Below the pieces are notes generated by a model, which made no database searches, was not told where the DNA came from, and saw only the letters and a program-made list of their open reading frames with translations. Below are positions 1-10,064 of a stretch of DNA of 64,000 nt, one piece after another. How positions within the stretch are numbered: position 1 is the first letter of the stretch; every line of letters starts with the position of its first letter. The position numbers and the translations under genes are program-made. Origin of the DNA: Acholeplasma sp. (lineage in GTDB: Bacteria > Bacillota_I > Bacilli_A > Acholeplasmatales > UBA5453); NCBI GenBank assembly GCA_036677365.1, contig JAVBWN010000014.1:64001-128000 (forward strand), given 5' to 3'.

Positions 1-9
1 GGTGAAAAT

Positions 10-765
10 ATGAGATATACATTGGATGATGTTTCAAAAATGACAGGACTCTCCAAACGGGCTTTACGCTTTTACGAAGAAAAAGGGCTCATTTCTTCCA
101 AAAGAAACCAGGCGAATTACCGCCTCTACGATTCAGCCGATTTGGACCGAATTCAAACGATTTTATTCCTAACGGCGTTCGATATTGACCTACAAACGAT
201 CAAGGGGATTCTAGATGACCCAAAAGCCGATTTGTTATCCTTATATGAAACGCATTTAGGAGCACTATATGAAAAAAGAGAAAAGCTCGATTTGATCATT
301 TCCAACCTCACACTCACCATCGATGCGAAAAGGCGGGATGAAGTCATGAAAGATTCAGACAAGTTTAAAGGATTCAAACAAGACCTCCTTGAAAAAAACG
401 ATCAGTCTTACAAACAAGAGGTCATTGAGAAGTATGGCGAAGAAGCCTATCAAAAAAGTAGAAAAGCATTTTCTAACATGAGTGAAGCCGATTTTGAACG
501 CTTTGGTCAATTAGAAAAGAAACTCTTTGAAGCGCTAGAAAAAGCTTCAAATAGTACAGGTGAAACCAAAACGATCCATATGCATGAAGCCTATACACAC
601 CATAAAGATTGGCTTTCGATGGCGTGGGGGTATTATGACCAAACGGCTCATTTAAACATCTGTCAAATGTATTTGGATGATGAGCGATTTAAAAAGCATT
701 ACGACGACGTAAAACCTGGTTTTGCACAACTGCTTTATGATTCAGTAAAGAAATCCATCGCTTGA
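10..765 (+). CDS. MerR-family transcriptional regulator, TipA/Mta type
   Basis: N-terminal MerR HTH (VSKMTGLSKRALRFYEEKGLI..RNQANYRLY); C-terminal TipAS-like MYLDDERFKKHYD. Confidence 0.9.
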   Translation: MRYTLDDVSKMTGLSKRALRFYEEKGLISSKRNQANYRLYDSADLDRIQTILFLTAFDIDLQTIKGILDDPKADLLSLYETHLGALYEKREKLDLIISNLTLTIDAKRRDEVMKDSDKFKGFKQDLLEKNDQSYKQEVIEKYGEEAYQKSRKAFSNMSEADFERFGQLEKKLFEALEKASNSTGETKTIHMHEAYTHHKDWLSMAWGYYDQTAHLNICQMYLDDERFKKHYDDVKPGFAQLLYDSVKKSIA

Positions 766-776
766 TGGATTTTTTT
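751..776 (+). terminator. Intrinsic terminator of merR gene
   Basis: AAATCCATC-GCTT-GATGGATTT followed by a T run, overlapping the stop codon. Confidence 0.8.
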
Positions 777-826
777 CTTATACATGACCCTTCAATTATG
801 ATAAAATAAACTGGGGTGAGTAAACG

Positions 827-1408
827 ATGAGTAAACCCATTGAATGTAAAAAGTGTGGTAAGTTGAATAAGGCTGACGCACCGGTCTGTTGGTCGTGTGG
901 TTCGGATATTCAACCGAAACTGACGCCTAAAGAAGCCATCCATGAAGAAATTAAATACCGCCATGAAGTATTACATAAAAGACATGTGAGACGTTTTTGG
1001 ATCTTTACCTTCATCGCCATCTTGGTGACCTTTGGATTTGTCATGGTCAATAGCATTTATGGGGTCATGCGTGATGTGGACCCAAACGACTATGTGTCAT
1101 CGGTTCAAATTTATACTGTCGATGATAAGACCTACATTGACATTGAAATTGAAGGTATCAACATGAACCAAACGTCATTACGAATCAAATCCATCATACT
1201 TTCTAATGAAGATAACACATTGGAAATTAGTGGAAATAAAGACATCGAATGGGATGTCATCTATGCTTATGGTATCTTCCGTGCCCGATTGATCATCTCT
1301 ACACCTGTGGCTGAACTCGACGTCTACGATACCGTAAAAGTCAAATTTTCTTATATGTTTTTCAGCAGTATCCTACCTGTTCCACAAGAAAACCTCTATT
1401 TTGAATAA
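827..1408 (+). CDS. Zinc-ribbon membrane protein of unknown function
   Basis: CKKC...CWSC at N-terminus, one TM helix (FWIFTFIAILVTFGFVMV), beta-rich C-terminal part; GGGGTGAG RBS. Confidence 0.7.
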   Translation: MSKPIECKKCGKLNKADAPVCWSCGSDIQPKLTPKEAIHEEIKYRHEVLHKRHVRRFWIFTFIAILVTFGFVMVNSIYGVMRDVDPNDYVSSVQIYTVDDKTYIDIEIEGINMNQTSLRIKSIILSNEDNTLEISGNKDIEWDVIYAYGIFRARLIISTPVAELDVYDTVKVKFSYMFFSSILPVPQENLYFE

Positions 1409-1435
1409 AAAAGCACATTAATTTTGTGCTTTTTT
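1407..1435. terminator. Bidirectional terminator between convergent genes
   Basis: AAAAAAGCACA-TTAATTT-TGTGCTTTTTT. Confidence 0.8.
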
Positions 1436-3058
1436 CTTTAGTAAGTTGTGATCTAATAAGTCTGCTGTATTGGGTCTGGCGTAATAAAAGCCTTGTAAGT
1501 AATCCGACCCATGTTGAATGGTCGCTTCTTGTTCGTATTGTTCTTCAATGCCTTCACAAACCACTTTGAGGTTCAATTCATGGGCGACATCGATCATGAA
1601 TTTTAATAAGGGTACGACATGGTCTTTCGATTGAATGTTTCTGATAAAACTACGGTCAATTTTAATGATATCGATCGGTAGTCTTTGTAAGTAGGTTAAT
1701 GAGGAGTAGCCTGTACCAAAGTCATCTAACGCCACGGAGAATCCCATCTTCTTTAATGCGAGTAAGGTGGTAATCGATTCATCGATGTGGGTAAGGACCG
1801 CCGATTCTGTGATTTCTAGAATCAATCGTGATGGGTCACCATTGAATTTTTCCAACAATACTTGGATGTCACTTAAGAAGTTTGGGTCATTGAGGACTCT
1901 CGCAGATAGGTTGATCGAAACCACCAAATCGATGCCCATGTGGTCCCATAGTTGCAATTGTCGAATCGATTCTTTGATGACAAAATAGGTAATTTCTTTG
2001 ATGTGTCCGGTTTTTTCAGAGATTTCAATGAAATCAAGGGGTGGGATATTCCCTTTAATCGGGTTATGCCAACGGATTAAGGCTTCTACTTTAGAGGCTT
2101 TACCGGTATCGGATTTAACAATGGGTTGATAATACACTTTGAATTCTTTGTTTCTAACCGCCTGATACAACAAATTGGATATTTCAATTTGTTTTTTCAT
2201 GTCATGGTGATAACGTTCATCGTAAATCACCATTTGGTTTTTACCTAAAGATTTCGCTTTACCTAAGGCTAAGTCGACATTGGATAGTAACATTTGTGTG
2301 GTATTACCATCTTGTGGGTAGGTACAAACACCTACCGAAACAGTGATGAAAAACTCTTCGTGGTCTAATATGAATGAACGTTTCAAGCGGTTGAAGCTAT
2401 TTCTGATGATTTCAAGCATTTTTTCTTTACTGCTGAAATTTTTAAGTAATAGGATAAAGCCATCGCCACCGATACGACCCACCAAATGGGGTAAGTTGGC
2501 GTTCAATTTCAATTCATTTGAAATGAGTAAGATGAGTTCATCACCCACCGTGTGGCCTTTAATTTCATTGATGTTGGAAAAATCATCGATGTCTAAATAC
2601 ACAATACCCAATAATTCATTGGGGTGTTGTTCGATGTGTTCATCGATCTTTTTAATGAGCATGTTTCTGGTATATAAGCCTGTTAATGAATCATAGTAAG
2701 CCATTTGTTCCAACTCATGTTCGAGTTCTTTCATGGTTTGGTTGGTTTGTTTTAATTCCAACATCGTTTCATTTAGATGATTCATGATGTTGTAGTAGGT
2801 ATCCATGCGTCTTTTAACGATGACATAAAAGATATACGCTGTCACAGCGACATAAAACAGACCCTTAACCAACTGGAGTTCTTCAACCCTTTGTGGGTCT
2901 TGAACGAGGAGTTTAAGTGCCATGTCTGAAAAGAAAATCCATAAAATACCCAACACCAAGTAAAACCCGATGATTTGTAAAGAGCTGCTCAGTGGGGTGG
3001 TTTTAAAGGCTTGTTCAAACGGTGTCAATTGTTTTCGCATGTCTTTGTCATTCTCCAT
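1418..3058 (-). CDS. Membrane GGDEF-EAL protein, probably a c-di-GMP phosphodiesterase
   Basis: 2 TM, coiled coil, AYYDSLTGL, DIDDF, RIGGDGF (variant); EAL domain with EALIRW, DDFGTGYSSL, KIDRSF, EGIE, LQGF. Confidence 0.9.
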   Translation of the reverse strand: MENDKDMRKQLTPFEQAFKTTPLSSSLQIIGFYLVLGILWIFFSDMALKLLVQDPQRVEELQLVKGLFYVAVTAYIFYVIVKRRMDTYYNIMNHLNETMLELKQTNQTMKELEHELEQMAYYDSLTGLYTRNMLIKKIDEHIEQHPNELLGIVYLDIDDFSNINEIKGHTVGDELILLISNELKLNANLPHLVGRIGGDGFILLLKNFSSKEKMLEIIRNSFNRLKRSFILDHEEFFITVSVGVCTYPQDGNTTQMLLSNVDLALGKAKSLGKNQMVIYDERYHHDMKKQIEISNLLYQAVRNKEFKVYYQPIVKSDTGKASKVEALIRWHNPIKGNIPPLDFIEISEKTGHIKEITYFVIKESIRQLQLWDHMGIDLVVSINLSARVLNDPNFLSDIQVLLEKFNGDPSRLILEITESAVLTHIDESITTLLALKKMGFSVALDDFGTGYSSLTYLQRLPIDIIKIDRSFIRNIQSKDHVVPLLKFMIDVAHELNLKVVCEGIEEQYEQEATIQHGSDYLQGFYYARPNTADLLDHNLLKKKAQN

Positions 3059-3201
3059 GGGGATGTCCGCCTTATAGTTATATTATACCCATATATATAA
3101 AAATCTATATCTTTTTGATTACTTTTTTTCTTATTTTTTGAAATAAAAATGAAAAACAGTCGAACATGAACCGCCCCCTGTCAAGTAGACAGTGAAAATA
3201 A

Positions 3202-4131
3202 TTAAACAATTGATTCAATTTTTAAGGCCTGATTCCGAAATTCCATCGGAGTTAAGCCTTTTAGTTTTTCTTGGTACCTTTGTTCATTGTAAAACTGGAT
3301 GTATTGTTCAATAGCTATTTTGAGTTGATTGATGTCATGAAATTGACTTAAATAGTACATTTCGGATTTAAGTGTTCCCCAGAAACTCTCCATTGGTCCA
3401 TTATCAATACACCTACCAACTCTAGACATACTGACTGTCATGCTTCTAGAAGTGAGTTTCTTTTGAAACCCTTTATTCGTGTATTGAAACCCTCGATCAC
3501 TATGAACCATCGGTTTGGCTTCCGGATTAAGTTGGAATGCTTTCTCGAAGGTTTCATTTACCAGTTGGTTGTTATTGGATATCCCCATCTTGTAACTGAT
3601 GATACTGGTATCACATAAATCGATGATGGCACTCAAGTAGAGTTTTGTTGTAGTCCCTATCACCTTGAACTCAGTAACATCCGTTAACCATTTCTCATTA
3701 GGATTATTAGCCTCAAATTGTCTGTTCAAGACATTCTCCGCCGTTATCTCTGGTCTAACCTGAATATAGCCTTTACGCTTTCTACGGATGACTGAGGACA
3801 CACCTATTTTACTCATTAATCGTCTTATTCGTTTCTCATTATAGTTCGTTTGATTACGCTTATTAATCCATAGGGTCATCCGTCTATAGCCTAAGATACC
3901 TTTAAACTCATCGTGATATTCTAGGATCATTTGTGATAACTCGTGATTAATTTTCTCTTCATTTGTTTCTTCATGCTTTAACCATTTATAATAGCTACTT
4001 CGTGTAATCAAAAGGATTTCACATAACACGAAAACAGGATAGTTTTTCTCCTCATGAAGCCCTTTTATTGTTTTGTATTTGGCTTCTTGGCGGACCTTGT
4101 TAAAATATCCCTCCTTTCGATCTCCTGGAAT
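3202..4131 (-). CDS. IS3 transposase OrfB (DDE/rve), reached by -1 frameshift; ORF track start 4029
   Basis: WLTDVTE, HSDRGFQY, DNGPMESFWGTLKSE; the -1 frame is open from the A7 site at 4137-4131 into the 4029 ORF. Confidence 0.92.
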   Translation of the reverse strand: MPGDRKEGYFNKVRQEAKYKTIKGLHEEKNYPVFVLCEILLITRSSYYKWLKHEETNEEKINHELSQMILEYHDEFKGILGYRRMTLWINKRNQTNYNEKRIRRLMSKIGVSSVIRRKRKGYIQVRPEITAENVLNRQFEANNPNEKWLTDVTEFKVIGTTTKLYLSAIIDLCDTSIISYKMGISNNNQLVNETFEKAFQLNPEAKPMVHSDRGFQYTNKGFQKKLTSRSMTVSMSRVGRCIDNGPMESFWGTLKSEMYYLSQFHDINQLKIAIEQYIQFYNEQRYQEKLKGLTPMEFRNQALKIESIV

Positions 4132-4784
4132 TTTTTTATGACTTCAGCCTCCATCTCTAGACGTTCATTCTTTCGTCTTAGAAGCTCAACTTCACGTTTT
4201 AGTTTCTCAATTTCACTCAAACTCTCAACAGGCTTTCTCTTGCCTCGTTCATCCTTTAAACCTGCTTCACCTTCTAAGTTGTATTTCCTGACCCAGTTAT
4301 ACACCTGTGAATAAGCTGTCTCAAACTTCTCCGCTGCGAGTTTATATTCGTTGTTATGTTCGATTGTCCACTTCACGATCTCTAACTTTTCTTCATAACT
4401 CACTTTTCTTGATTTCGCCATATAGACAGTCCCCTTTGGATCATATGCTTTGATCTCGTTATGTCTATTATACTTGGAAACCCAACTCTTAATCACGGCG
4501 TTTGATGTAATTCCATATTGCTTTGCTAACTCTAGATATGAACCTTCTCCATTGACATACGCTCTTATTACCTCGGTTTTGAATGGTTTGGTGTATGAAC
4601 GGTTTCTTGGTTTATCCTCAAATGCTATTCCCCCCATCGATTCATAGTTTCTAATCCATTGTCTAATACTGTTTACATTACACCTTAATTCCTGTGCGAT
4701 TTTTAGTATGGATTTGTTCCCTGATTGATATGCTTTGATTGCTTTGATTTTTGTTTCTTTACTGAATCTTGTTCTTCTTGACAT
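4065..4784 (-). CDS. IS3 transposase OrfA (repeated HTH)
   Basis: Three HTH repeats and C-terminal leucine zipper (LKREVELLRRKNERLEME). Confidence 0.9.
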   Translation of the reverse strand: MSRRTRFSKETKIKAIKAYQSGNKSILKIAQELRCNVNSIRQWIRNYESMGGIAFEDKPRNRSYTKPFKTEVIRAYVNGEGSYLELAKQYGITSNAVIKSWVSKYNRHNEIKAYDPKGTVYMAKSRKVSYEEKLEIVKWTIEHNNEYKLAAEKFETAYSQVYNWVRKYNLEGEAGLKDERGKRKPVESLSEIEKLKREVELLRRKNERLEMEAEVIKKFQEIERRDILTRSAKKPNTKQ

Positions 4785-4881
4785 AAAGAAAAATCCCCTC
4801 TCTGTATACTTCTACAAACTTTAATTATTTGTAGTGTCTACTTTAAGGGGATCATATCACAATGAACTGTTTTTTTGTGGT

Positions 4882-5538
4882 CTATTTTAATAAAAATGAA
4901 TCAAATGAGTCTTCTTCAGCTTGAGGTTGTTCTTCAACCACTTCAGGGGTCTTATTACCACCACTGATTTGTAGATAAAACTCAGCATTGGTGAGTGAAA
5001 AATAAGGTGCTACCCAGATCAATGCGATTCCAAATGTGATGACACATAATATAAACCATCCGATAAATGAAAGCCAAAGTATAAATAAATCCATCTTATA
5101 GCCTTTCATCATTTCCTGTGAACGGTCTAATGCTTCCGTAAGGCTGATGTTTGGGTTTTCAGCTAAAAGGTAAGGCGCCATCGCATACGCAAATATTTTA
5201 ATGATACCAGGAATGATGAATAATAACAACCAAAGTAAAATGAAAATGCCGGTTAAATATGCCAAAAGAATGCTTTTGACAAAACTCTCTTTGAATCCAT
5301 CAAACATAACATCAAACTCTGGATTTAATGATTTTGAAAAAAGAATAAAATACTTCATCAAACCAATTTGCAATGGTGCAGTTACAATCGTTGTAATCAA
5401 ACTTGCGTATAGCATGTCCTTTGTAATATACGTCATAATGCTGTTTATGACAATGTAAACCAACGCTACCGCAATCGGACCTCCCCAGTTACCGGAAAGT
5501 TTTCCCCAGGCCAATTGTCTAAAATCACTACTGTTCAT
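4882..5538 (-). CDS. DUF975-family membrane protein
   Basis: LWLLLFIIPGIIKIFAYAMAPYLL, SQEMMKGYKMDLF..LSFIGW; start at ATG 5538 after AGGAGG. Confidence 0.85.
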   Translation of the reverse strand: MNSSDFRQLAWGKLSGNWGGPIAVALVYIVINSIMTYITKDMLYASLITTIVTAPLQIGLMKYFILFSKSLNPEFDVMFDGFKESFVKSILLAYLTGIFILLWLLLFIIPGIIKIFAYAMAPYLLAENPNISLTEALDRSQEMMKGYKMDLFILWLSFIGWFILCVITFGIALIWVAPYFSLTNAEFYLQISGGNKTPEVVEEQPQAEEDSFDSFLLK

Positions 5539-5580
5539 GTTTAAGTCCTCCTGCAATCAATTTTAACACAAACTATATGA

Positions 5581-5609
5581 AAAAAACACACCCAATTTAG
5601 TGTGTTTTT
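5581..5609 (-). terminator. Terminator downstream of sodA
   Basis: AAAAACACAC-CCAATTTA-GTGTGTTTTT. Confidence 0.7.
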
Positions 5610-5628
5610 AAGTGGCTCTAAAATATTC

Positions 5629-6225
5629 CTATTTTTGGAACTTCGCTTCAACGATATCCCAGTTGATGACTGAGAAGAATGCAGCGACATAATCTGGACG
5701 TCTGTTTTGATAGTTTAGGTAATAAGCGTGTTCCCAAACGTCTAAGCCTAAGATTGGTGTACCTTCAGCGAGTGGGGTATCTTGGTTTGGTGTAGAAGTG
5801 ACTACCAAACCTTTAGGGGTTTTAACCAACCATGCCCAACCAGAACCGAAACGGGTCTTAGCGGCATTACCAAACGCTTCTTTAAACGCGTCAAATGATC
5901 CAAATGCGGCATTGATGGCTTCTAACAATGCACCTTTTGGTGCTTTTGCGCCACCTGGGGTTAAGATTTCCCAGAATAGCGTGTGGTTGAAATGTCCGCC
6001 TGCATTGTTTCTAAGTGCCATACGGATATCTTCAGGGACTAAGTTGAGGTCTTTTAAGAATACCTCAAGTGGTAAATTAAATTCAGGGTGTTTTTCCAAG
6101 GCAGCATTCGCGTTGGTGACATACGCATTGTGGTGTTTGGAATAATGGATTTCCATTGTTCTTGCATCAATGACTGGTTCTAATGCTTCATAAGCATAAC
6201 CTAATTTAGGTAATTCAAATTTCAT
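5629..6225 (-). CDS. sodA: Superoxide dismutase (Mn/Fe)
   Basis: [43 protein letters not shown]; start ATG 6225 after GGAGG. Confidence 0.97.
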   Translation of the reverse strand: MKFELPKLGYAYEALEPVIDARTMEIHYSKHHNAYVTNANAALEKHPEFNLPLEVFLKDLNLVPEDIRMALRNNAGGHFNHTLFWEILTPGGAKAPKGALLEAINAAFGSFDAFKEAFGNAAKTRFGSGWAWLVKTPKGLVVTSTPNQDTPLAEGTPILGLDVWEHAYYLNYQNRRPDYVAAFFSVINWDIVEAKFQK

Positions 6226-6365
6226 AGTTATAAATCCTCCTTCAACACTAACATTGTACTCCAAAATCTTATTTAAAACAAACCAAATGCTTATTTATAA
6301 AACCATGATTATTTGAAAAATGGAAACGTTGTGCTATAATAAGCCATGGCAAGTAGGTGCATTTT

Positions 6366-7748
6366 ATGTCATTCTCAAAACGTATTAAACGATTTTTATT
6401 TGTAACCCCAGCAAGAACCATCTTTACGATTTATTTGATTACCATATTGGTCGGTGGGTTTTTGTTATGGTTACCAATCTCACAGAACCCGGGTGTTCAA
6501 TTATCATTCATTGACGCCTTATTCATTTCATTATCACAAATTTCATCCACAGGTTTGAGTCCTGTGTCACAGCGTGATACCTTCAATATTTTAGGTGGGA
6601 TCATATCCATTTTAATTCTAGAAATCGGTGCCGTTGGAATCATGATGTTGGTGGCGTCTTACTGGGTCATCATCGGTAAGAAGATTTCCTTAAAAGAACG
6701 TAGCTTAATCGCGTCCGAACAAAACCAATTCACAGTCAAAGGCATCATCAAATTGATCACGAACGCGATGATTGCGGTTGGTGTGATTCAGATCATCTAC
6801 ATCATCATCATGACAATATATATTTATACAGTTCAACCTTTCCAAGCCTCATTTGGCGAATCTTTATTCCAAGCCACGTACCTTGCGGTCGCGGGATTTG
6901 CGAACGCTGGATTTGACTTCCTACCAGGTAATCAAAGCTTCATGGTTTTTAATGGGTACTATTTACCACAAATCCTCACCATGATCATTATTTTTACCGG
7001 TGGTGTTGGGTTTTGGCCACTCGCTGAAGTTGTATTATTCATCAAAAACAAGTTACATAAAAAACCATACCGTATGACATTTATTTCCAAAATGTTGATT
7101 GTCAGTCACTTCATCCTGTGGATGGGTTCAGCGCTTATTTACTTCATTATGGAATACGAACATTCGATGAGAGGCAATCCACCTCTAGATATTTTAATGA
7201 ATGTGCTATTCATGTCGAATAATGCCCGAAGTGCTGGTTTTTACAATACAAATGTAACCAATTGGGCAGAAGCGACGCGATTATTCTTTTCCATGTTGAT
7301 GTTTATTGGTGCCGCACCTAACTCATCGGGTGGTGGGATTCGTATGACCACATTCTTCTTATTGACGGCGGGTTTAGTCTCTTTTGGAAGACACCGTAAA
7401 CAAGTGTTCTTTGCAGGTAAAGCCATCAAAGATCAAGCGGTTAAAAAAGCGTATATGGTATTTGCACTCGCGATTGTCCTCGTGATGCTTTCAACGATGT
7501 TCATTTCAATCATCGAACCGAACAGGTGGACCATCATGGAGATAGGGTTTGAGGTATCCTCTGCGTTTGGAACCGTTGGGTTGTCCTTAGGATTGATTCC
7601 ACACATTGGTACCTACTCAAAACTCATCATCATGCTCAATATGTTCGTCGGACGTATTGGTATCTTGACCGCGGTTGCGATGCTAGAAAATAAAAAGGAG
7701 ACAACAAACGTTGTCACCTATGTCGAAATGGACATGCTCGTTGGTTAG
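6366..7748 (+). CDS. ktrB: TrkH/KtrB potassium uptake permease
   Basis: Four pore-loop motifs STGL, NAGF, RSAGF, GTVGLS; MFIGAAPNSSGGGIR, MFVGRIG. Confidence 0.9.
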   Translation: MSFSKRIKRFLFVTPARTIFTIYLITILVGGFLLWLPISQNPGVQLSFIDALFISLSQISSTGLSPVSQRDTFNILGGIISILILEIGAVGIMMLVASYWVIIGKKISLKERSLIASEQNQFTVKGIIKLITNAMIAVGVIQIIYIIIMTIYIYTVQPFQASFGESLFQATYLAVAGFANAGFDFLPGNQSFMVFNGYYLPQILTMIIIFTGGVGFWPLAEVVLFIKNKLHKKPYRMTFISKMLIVSHFILWMGSALIYFIMEYEHSMRGNPPLDILMNVLFMSNNARSAGFYNTNVTNWAEATRLFFSMLMFIGAAPNSSGGGIRMTTFFLLTAGLVSFGRHRKQVFFAGKAIKDQAVKKAYMVFALAIVLVMLSTMFISIIEPNRWTIMEIGFEVSSAFGTVGLSLGLIPHIGTYSKLIIMLNMFVGRIGILTAVAMLENKKETTNVVTYVEMDMLVG

Positions 7749-9286
7749 AGCGATTTAATCTTAGTTTCATCGATATCAATATACATGGTCTTCTGGTTGG
7801 TATAAGTCACATTGTACCCAGGGAGACCTTTTATTTTTTTGATGTATCGAACTTTGGTATAATCCACAGGGATTGAAGAAGAAGCTCTTTGTGGGCTATG
7901 GTAGGCAGCAAGCATCGCACACAGTCTTAAAGATTGTTCATGGAATGCACCCCTTAAAATGATGTGTGCCCCAGGGCCATGTTGGACATGAAACCATACA
8001 TCGTTGGGTTGAGCGAAGACGTTGGTTAAGTAGTTGTTTTGTTCTGCTGTTTTACCAATAAAAATCTCAAAATCAGCCATTTTGTAAGTCAATAGCACGG
8101 GTTTTGTCGGTTTTTTCTTTGGATTGATTTTAAGTTTGATCAATCCAATGTCCCCAAGTTCTTTTTTGATATCATCTAAATCACTTGAAGCCAAATAAGG
8201 CAGCTCAAGCTTCAAGTTTTCATAATATTGAAGGTAATCTTTGGCCAACTGAACTTGATGTTCAATCGGTTCAAGGGCTTTTTTGGCTTTATGGTATTTT
8301 TGAAACAACGCTTGCGCATTCTCGTTCAATGTCTTTTGATGGTCAAGGTTAAGTTCACCGAGTTTGGATACTTTTTGATTCAAATCGCTTGCGAGTAAGT
8401 AAATGGACTCGGCTTGTGCCTTGTATGTTTCAAAACCCAAATTCTCATTTAAATCGGCGTATAAATGGTTGAGTTTAAGTTCTAAACGTTTGATTTCTTT
8501 ATCGATCAGCTTTTCAATATCGACGTATTTTGGGGTGTCATTTTGATAGAACGCTTCTAACAATAAGGATAAGCTGGCATAGGTTTGATGTGGGATTGAA
8601 GGGTTCGGATTGAAAGGGTAAAATTGCTTTTTCGGCTCCAATACAAGGGTGGGTACACACTGAATCGACAGTGGATTTTGCTTATGTTCTACAAAATAGA
8701 GTGCAGTATCTAACGAAAAACCCATAAAAGTGTTCATAAATGTTTTTGGGCTATCGATTTGACATAAATAAGCGTAGTCTTCTTTTGTGTATAATTTCTT
8801 TTCAGAAGGGAAGAATGTGAACTCACTTTTATTGAGGATGCTGCGCTTATCGATGGAAAACTGTTTGTAATAAGCATCGACAACCAAGTTGTTTTCAAGT
8901 AGGATCAAATTCGTGGTTCGCCCCATGGTTTCATAAACCAGTTGATAATATTGATAACCAAATATGGCATCTAATTTTTGGAACTCAAAGACCATGACAC
9001 GGTCCATCAAATGTTGGTAAATGCGCGTGATTTCGGCATTTTCCAACAATCGTCTCATCGCGTTTAATAGGTTAGAAGGAAACTCCCCATAAGGACCGTT
9101 GTCTGATAATCTAACGTGACTTTTGTTTGGATTTAATTCGAAAATGAGGAAATGCTCGCCTTTTTGATAATAGCTCAAAACAAACGTATCTTTCGACGTC
9201 TGGCGGACTTTCTTGATTCGAACCCCAGTCAAGGCTTGTTTGAACTCTTGGGTTAAATGATGCATGAAATACCCATCTAGTGGCAT
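7745..9286 (-). CDS. rqcH: NFACT-family ribosome quality control protein RqcH (FbpA/PavA-like)
   Basis: MPLDG N-terminus, DRV, ETMGR..NLIL, ENAQALFQKYHKAK, C-terminal NFACT-R IGK..QN..L, WFH..GAH, VDYT. Confidence 0.9.
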   Translation of the reverse strand: MPLDGYFMHHLTQEFKQALTGVRIKKVRQTSKDTFVLSYYQKGEHFLIFELNPNKSHVRLSDNGPYGEFPSNLLNAMRRLLENAEITRIYQHLMDRVMVFEFQKLDAIFGYQYYQLVYETMGRTTNLILLENNLVVDAYYKQFSIDKRSILNKSEFTFFPSEKKLYTKEDYAYLCQIDSPKTFMNTFMGFSLDTALYFVEHKQNPLSIQCVPTLVLEPKKQFYPFNPNPSIPHQTYASLSLLLEAFYQNDTPKYVDIEKLIDKEIKRLELKLNHLYADLNENLGFETYKAQAESIYLLASDLNQKVSKLGELNLDHQKTLNENAQALFQKYHKAKKALEPIEHQVQLAKDYLQYYENLKLELPYLASSDLDDIKKELGDIGLIKLKINPKKKPTKPVLLTYKMADFEIFIGKTAEQNNYLTNVFAQPNDVWFHVQHGPGAHIILRGAFHEQSLRLCAMLAAYHSPQRASSSIPVDYTKVRYIKKIKGLPGYNVTYTNQKTMYIDIDETKIKSL

Positions 9287-9439
9287 AGAATCACCCCTAA
9301 TTAGTATAACACAGATTGTTTTTTTCAGTTCCTCAAAATGTAAACGTATACTTGCATAAAAACGTGTAATGGCTTTACTATTATGAAATAATCGTGTATA
9401 ATTTATGAAAGTAAGTGTAAATGAGAAAGGTGGGGTACT

Positions 9440-10060
9440 GTGAAGTTAAACGATCGTGGTCTGCTTATCGTCATCTCCGGTCCATCCGGTGTCGGTAAGG
9501 GCACAGTGAGAAAAGCCCTCTTTGAAATGAAAAATCATGACCTCATTTACTCCGTGTCGATGACGACCAGGGCCCCTCGTCCGGGTGAGGTAGATGGGGT
9601 AGATTACTATTTCGTCACCAAAGAAGAATTCTTAAAACGCATCTCTGAAGGTAAGTTTTTAGAATGGGCAGAATTTGTGGGTAACTATTATGGTACACCC
9701 CTTGATAAAGTCGAAGAACAACTCGATTTGGGTAAAGAAGTCGTCCTTGAAATTGAAGTCGAAGGGGCACTCCAAGTCAGACAAAAATCCAAAGACGCGG
9801 TATTTATTTTCATCGTTCCACCAGGTAAAAAAGCACTCTATGACCGCTTGATTAAACGGGGGACTGACTCACCAGAAATGATTAAAAAACGCATGGAAAA
9901 AGCCGATCGCGAGTTCGTGTTGGCACATAAATATGACTACATCGTGGTAAACGATGATGTCAATAACGCTGCCGACAGAATCATGGCGATCATTCGTGCA
10001 GAACATGCGAGAACTGAACGTACGATTCATGCGTACATGAAAATGCTCAAGGAGGATTAA
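9440..10060 (+). CDS. gmk: Guanylate kinase
   Basis: SGPSGVGKGT, SMTTRAPRPGEVDGVDYYF, NYYGT. Confidence 0.97.
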   Translation: MKLNDRGLLIVISGPSGVGKGTVRKALFEMKNHDLIYSVSMTTRAPRPGEVDGVDYYFVTKEEFLKRISEGKFLEWAEFVGNYYGTPLDKVEEQLDLGKEVVLEIEVEGALQVRQKSKDAVFIFIVPPGKKALYDRLIKRGTDSPEMIKKRMEKADREFVLAHKYDYIVVNDDVNNAADRIMAIIRAEHARTERTIHAYMKMLKED

Positions 10061-10064
10061 TGGT

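Larger units (their letters stand above)
3167..4859 (-). mobile_element. IS3-family (IS150-like) insertion sequence
   Basis: Imperfect TG..CA terminal IRs (TGAACCGCCCCCTGTCAAGTAGACAGTGAAAATAATTAAA at 3167 vs TGATATGATCCCCTTAAAGTAGACACTACAAATAATTAAA reading inward from 4859); orfA/orfB with -1 slippery site. Confidence 0.95.

Noticed and set aside
1388..1405. C-terminal ENLYFE resembling a TEV site
   Set aside because: Not ENLYFQ, and there is no vector or tag context; coincidence
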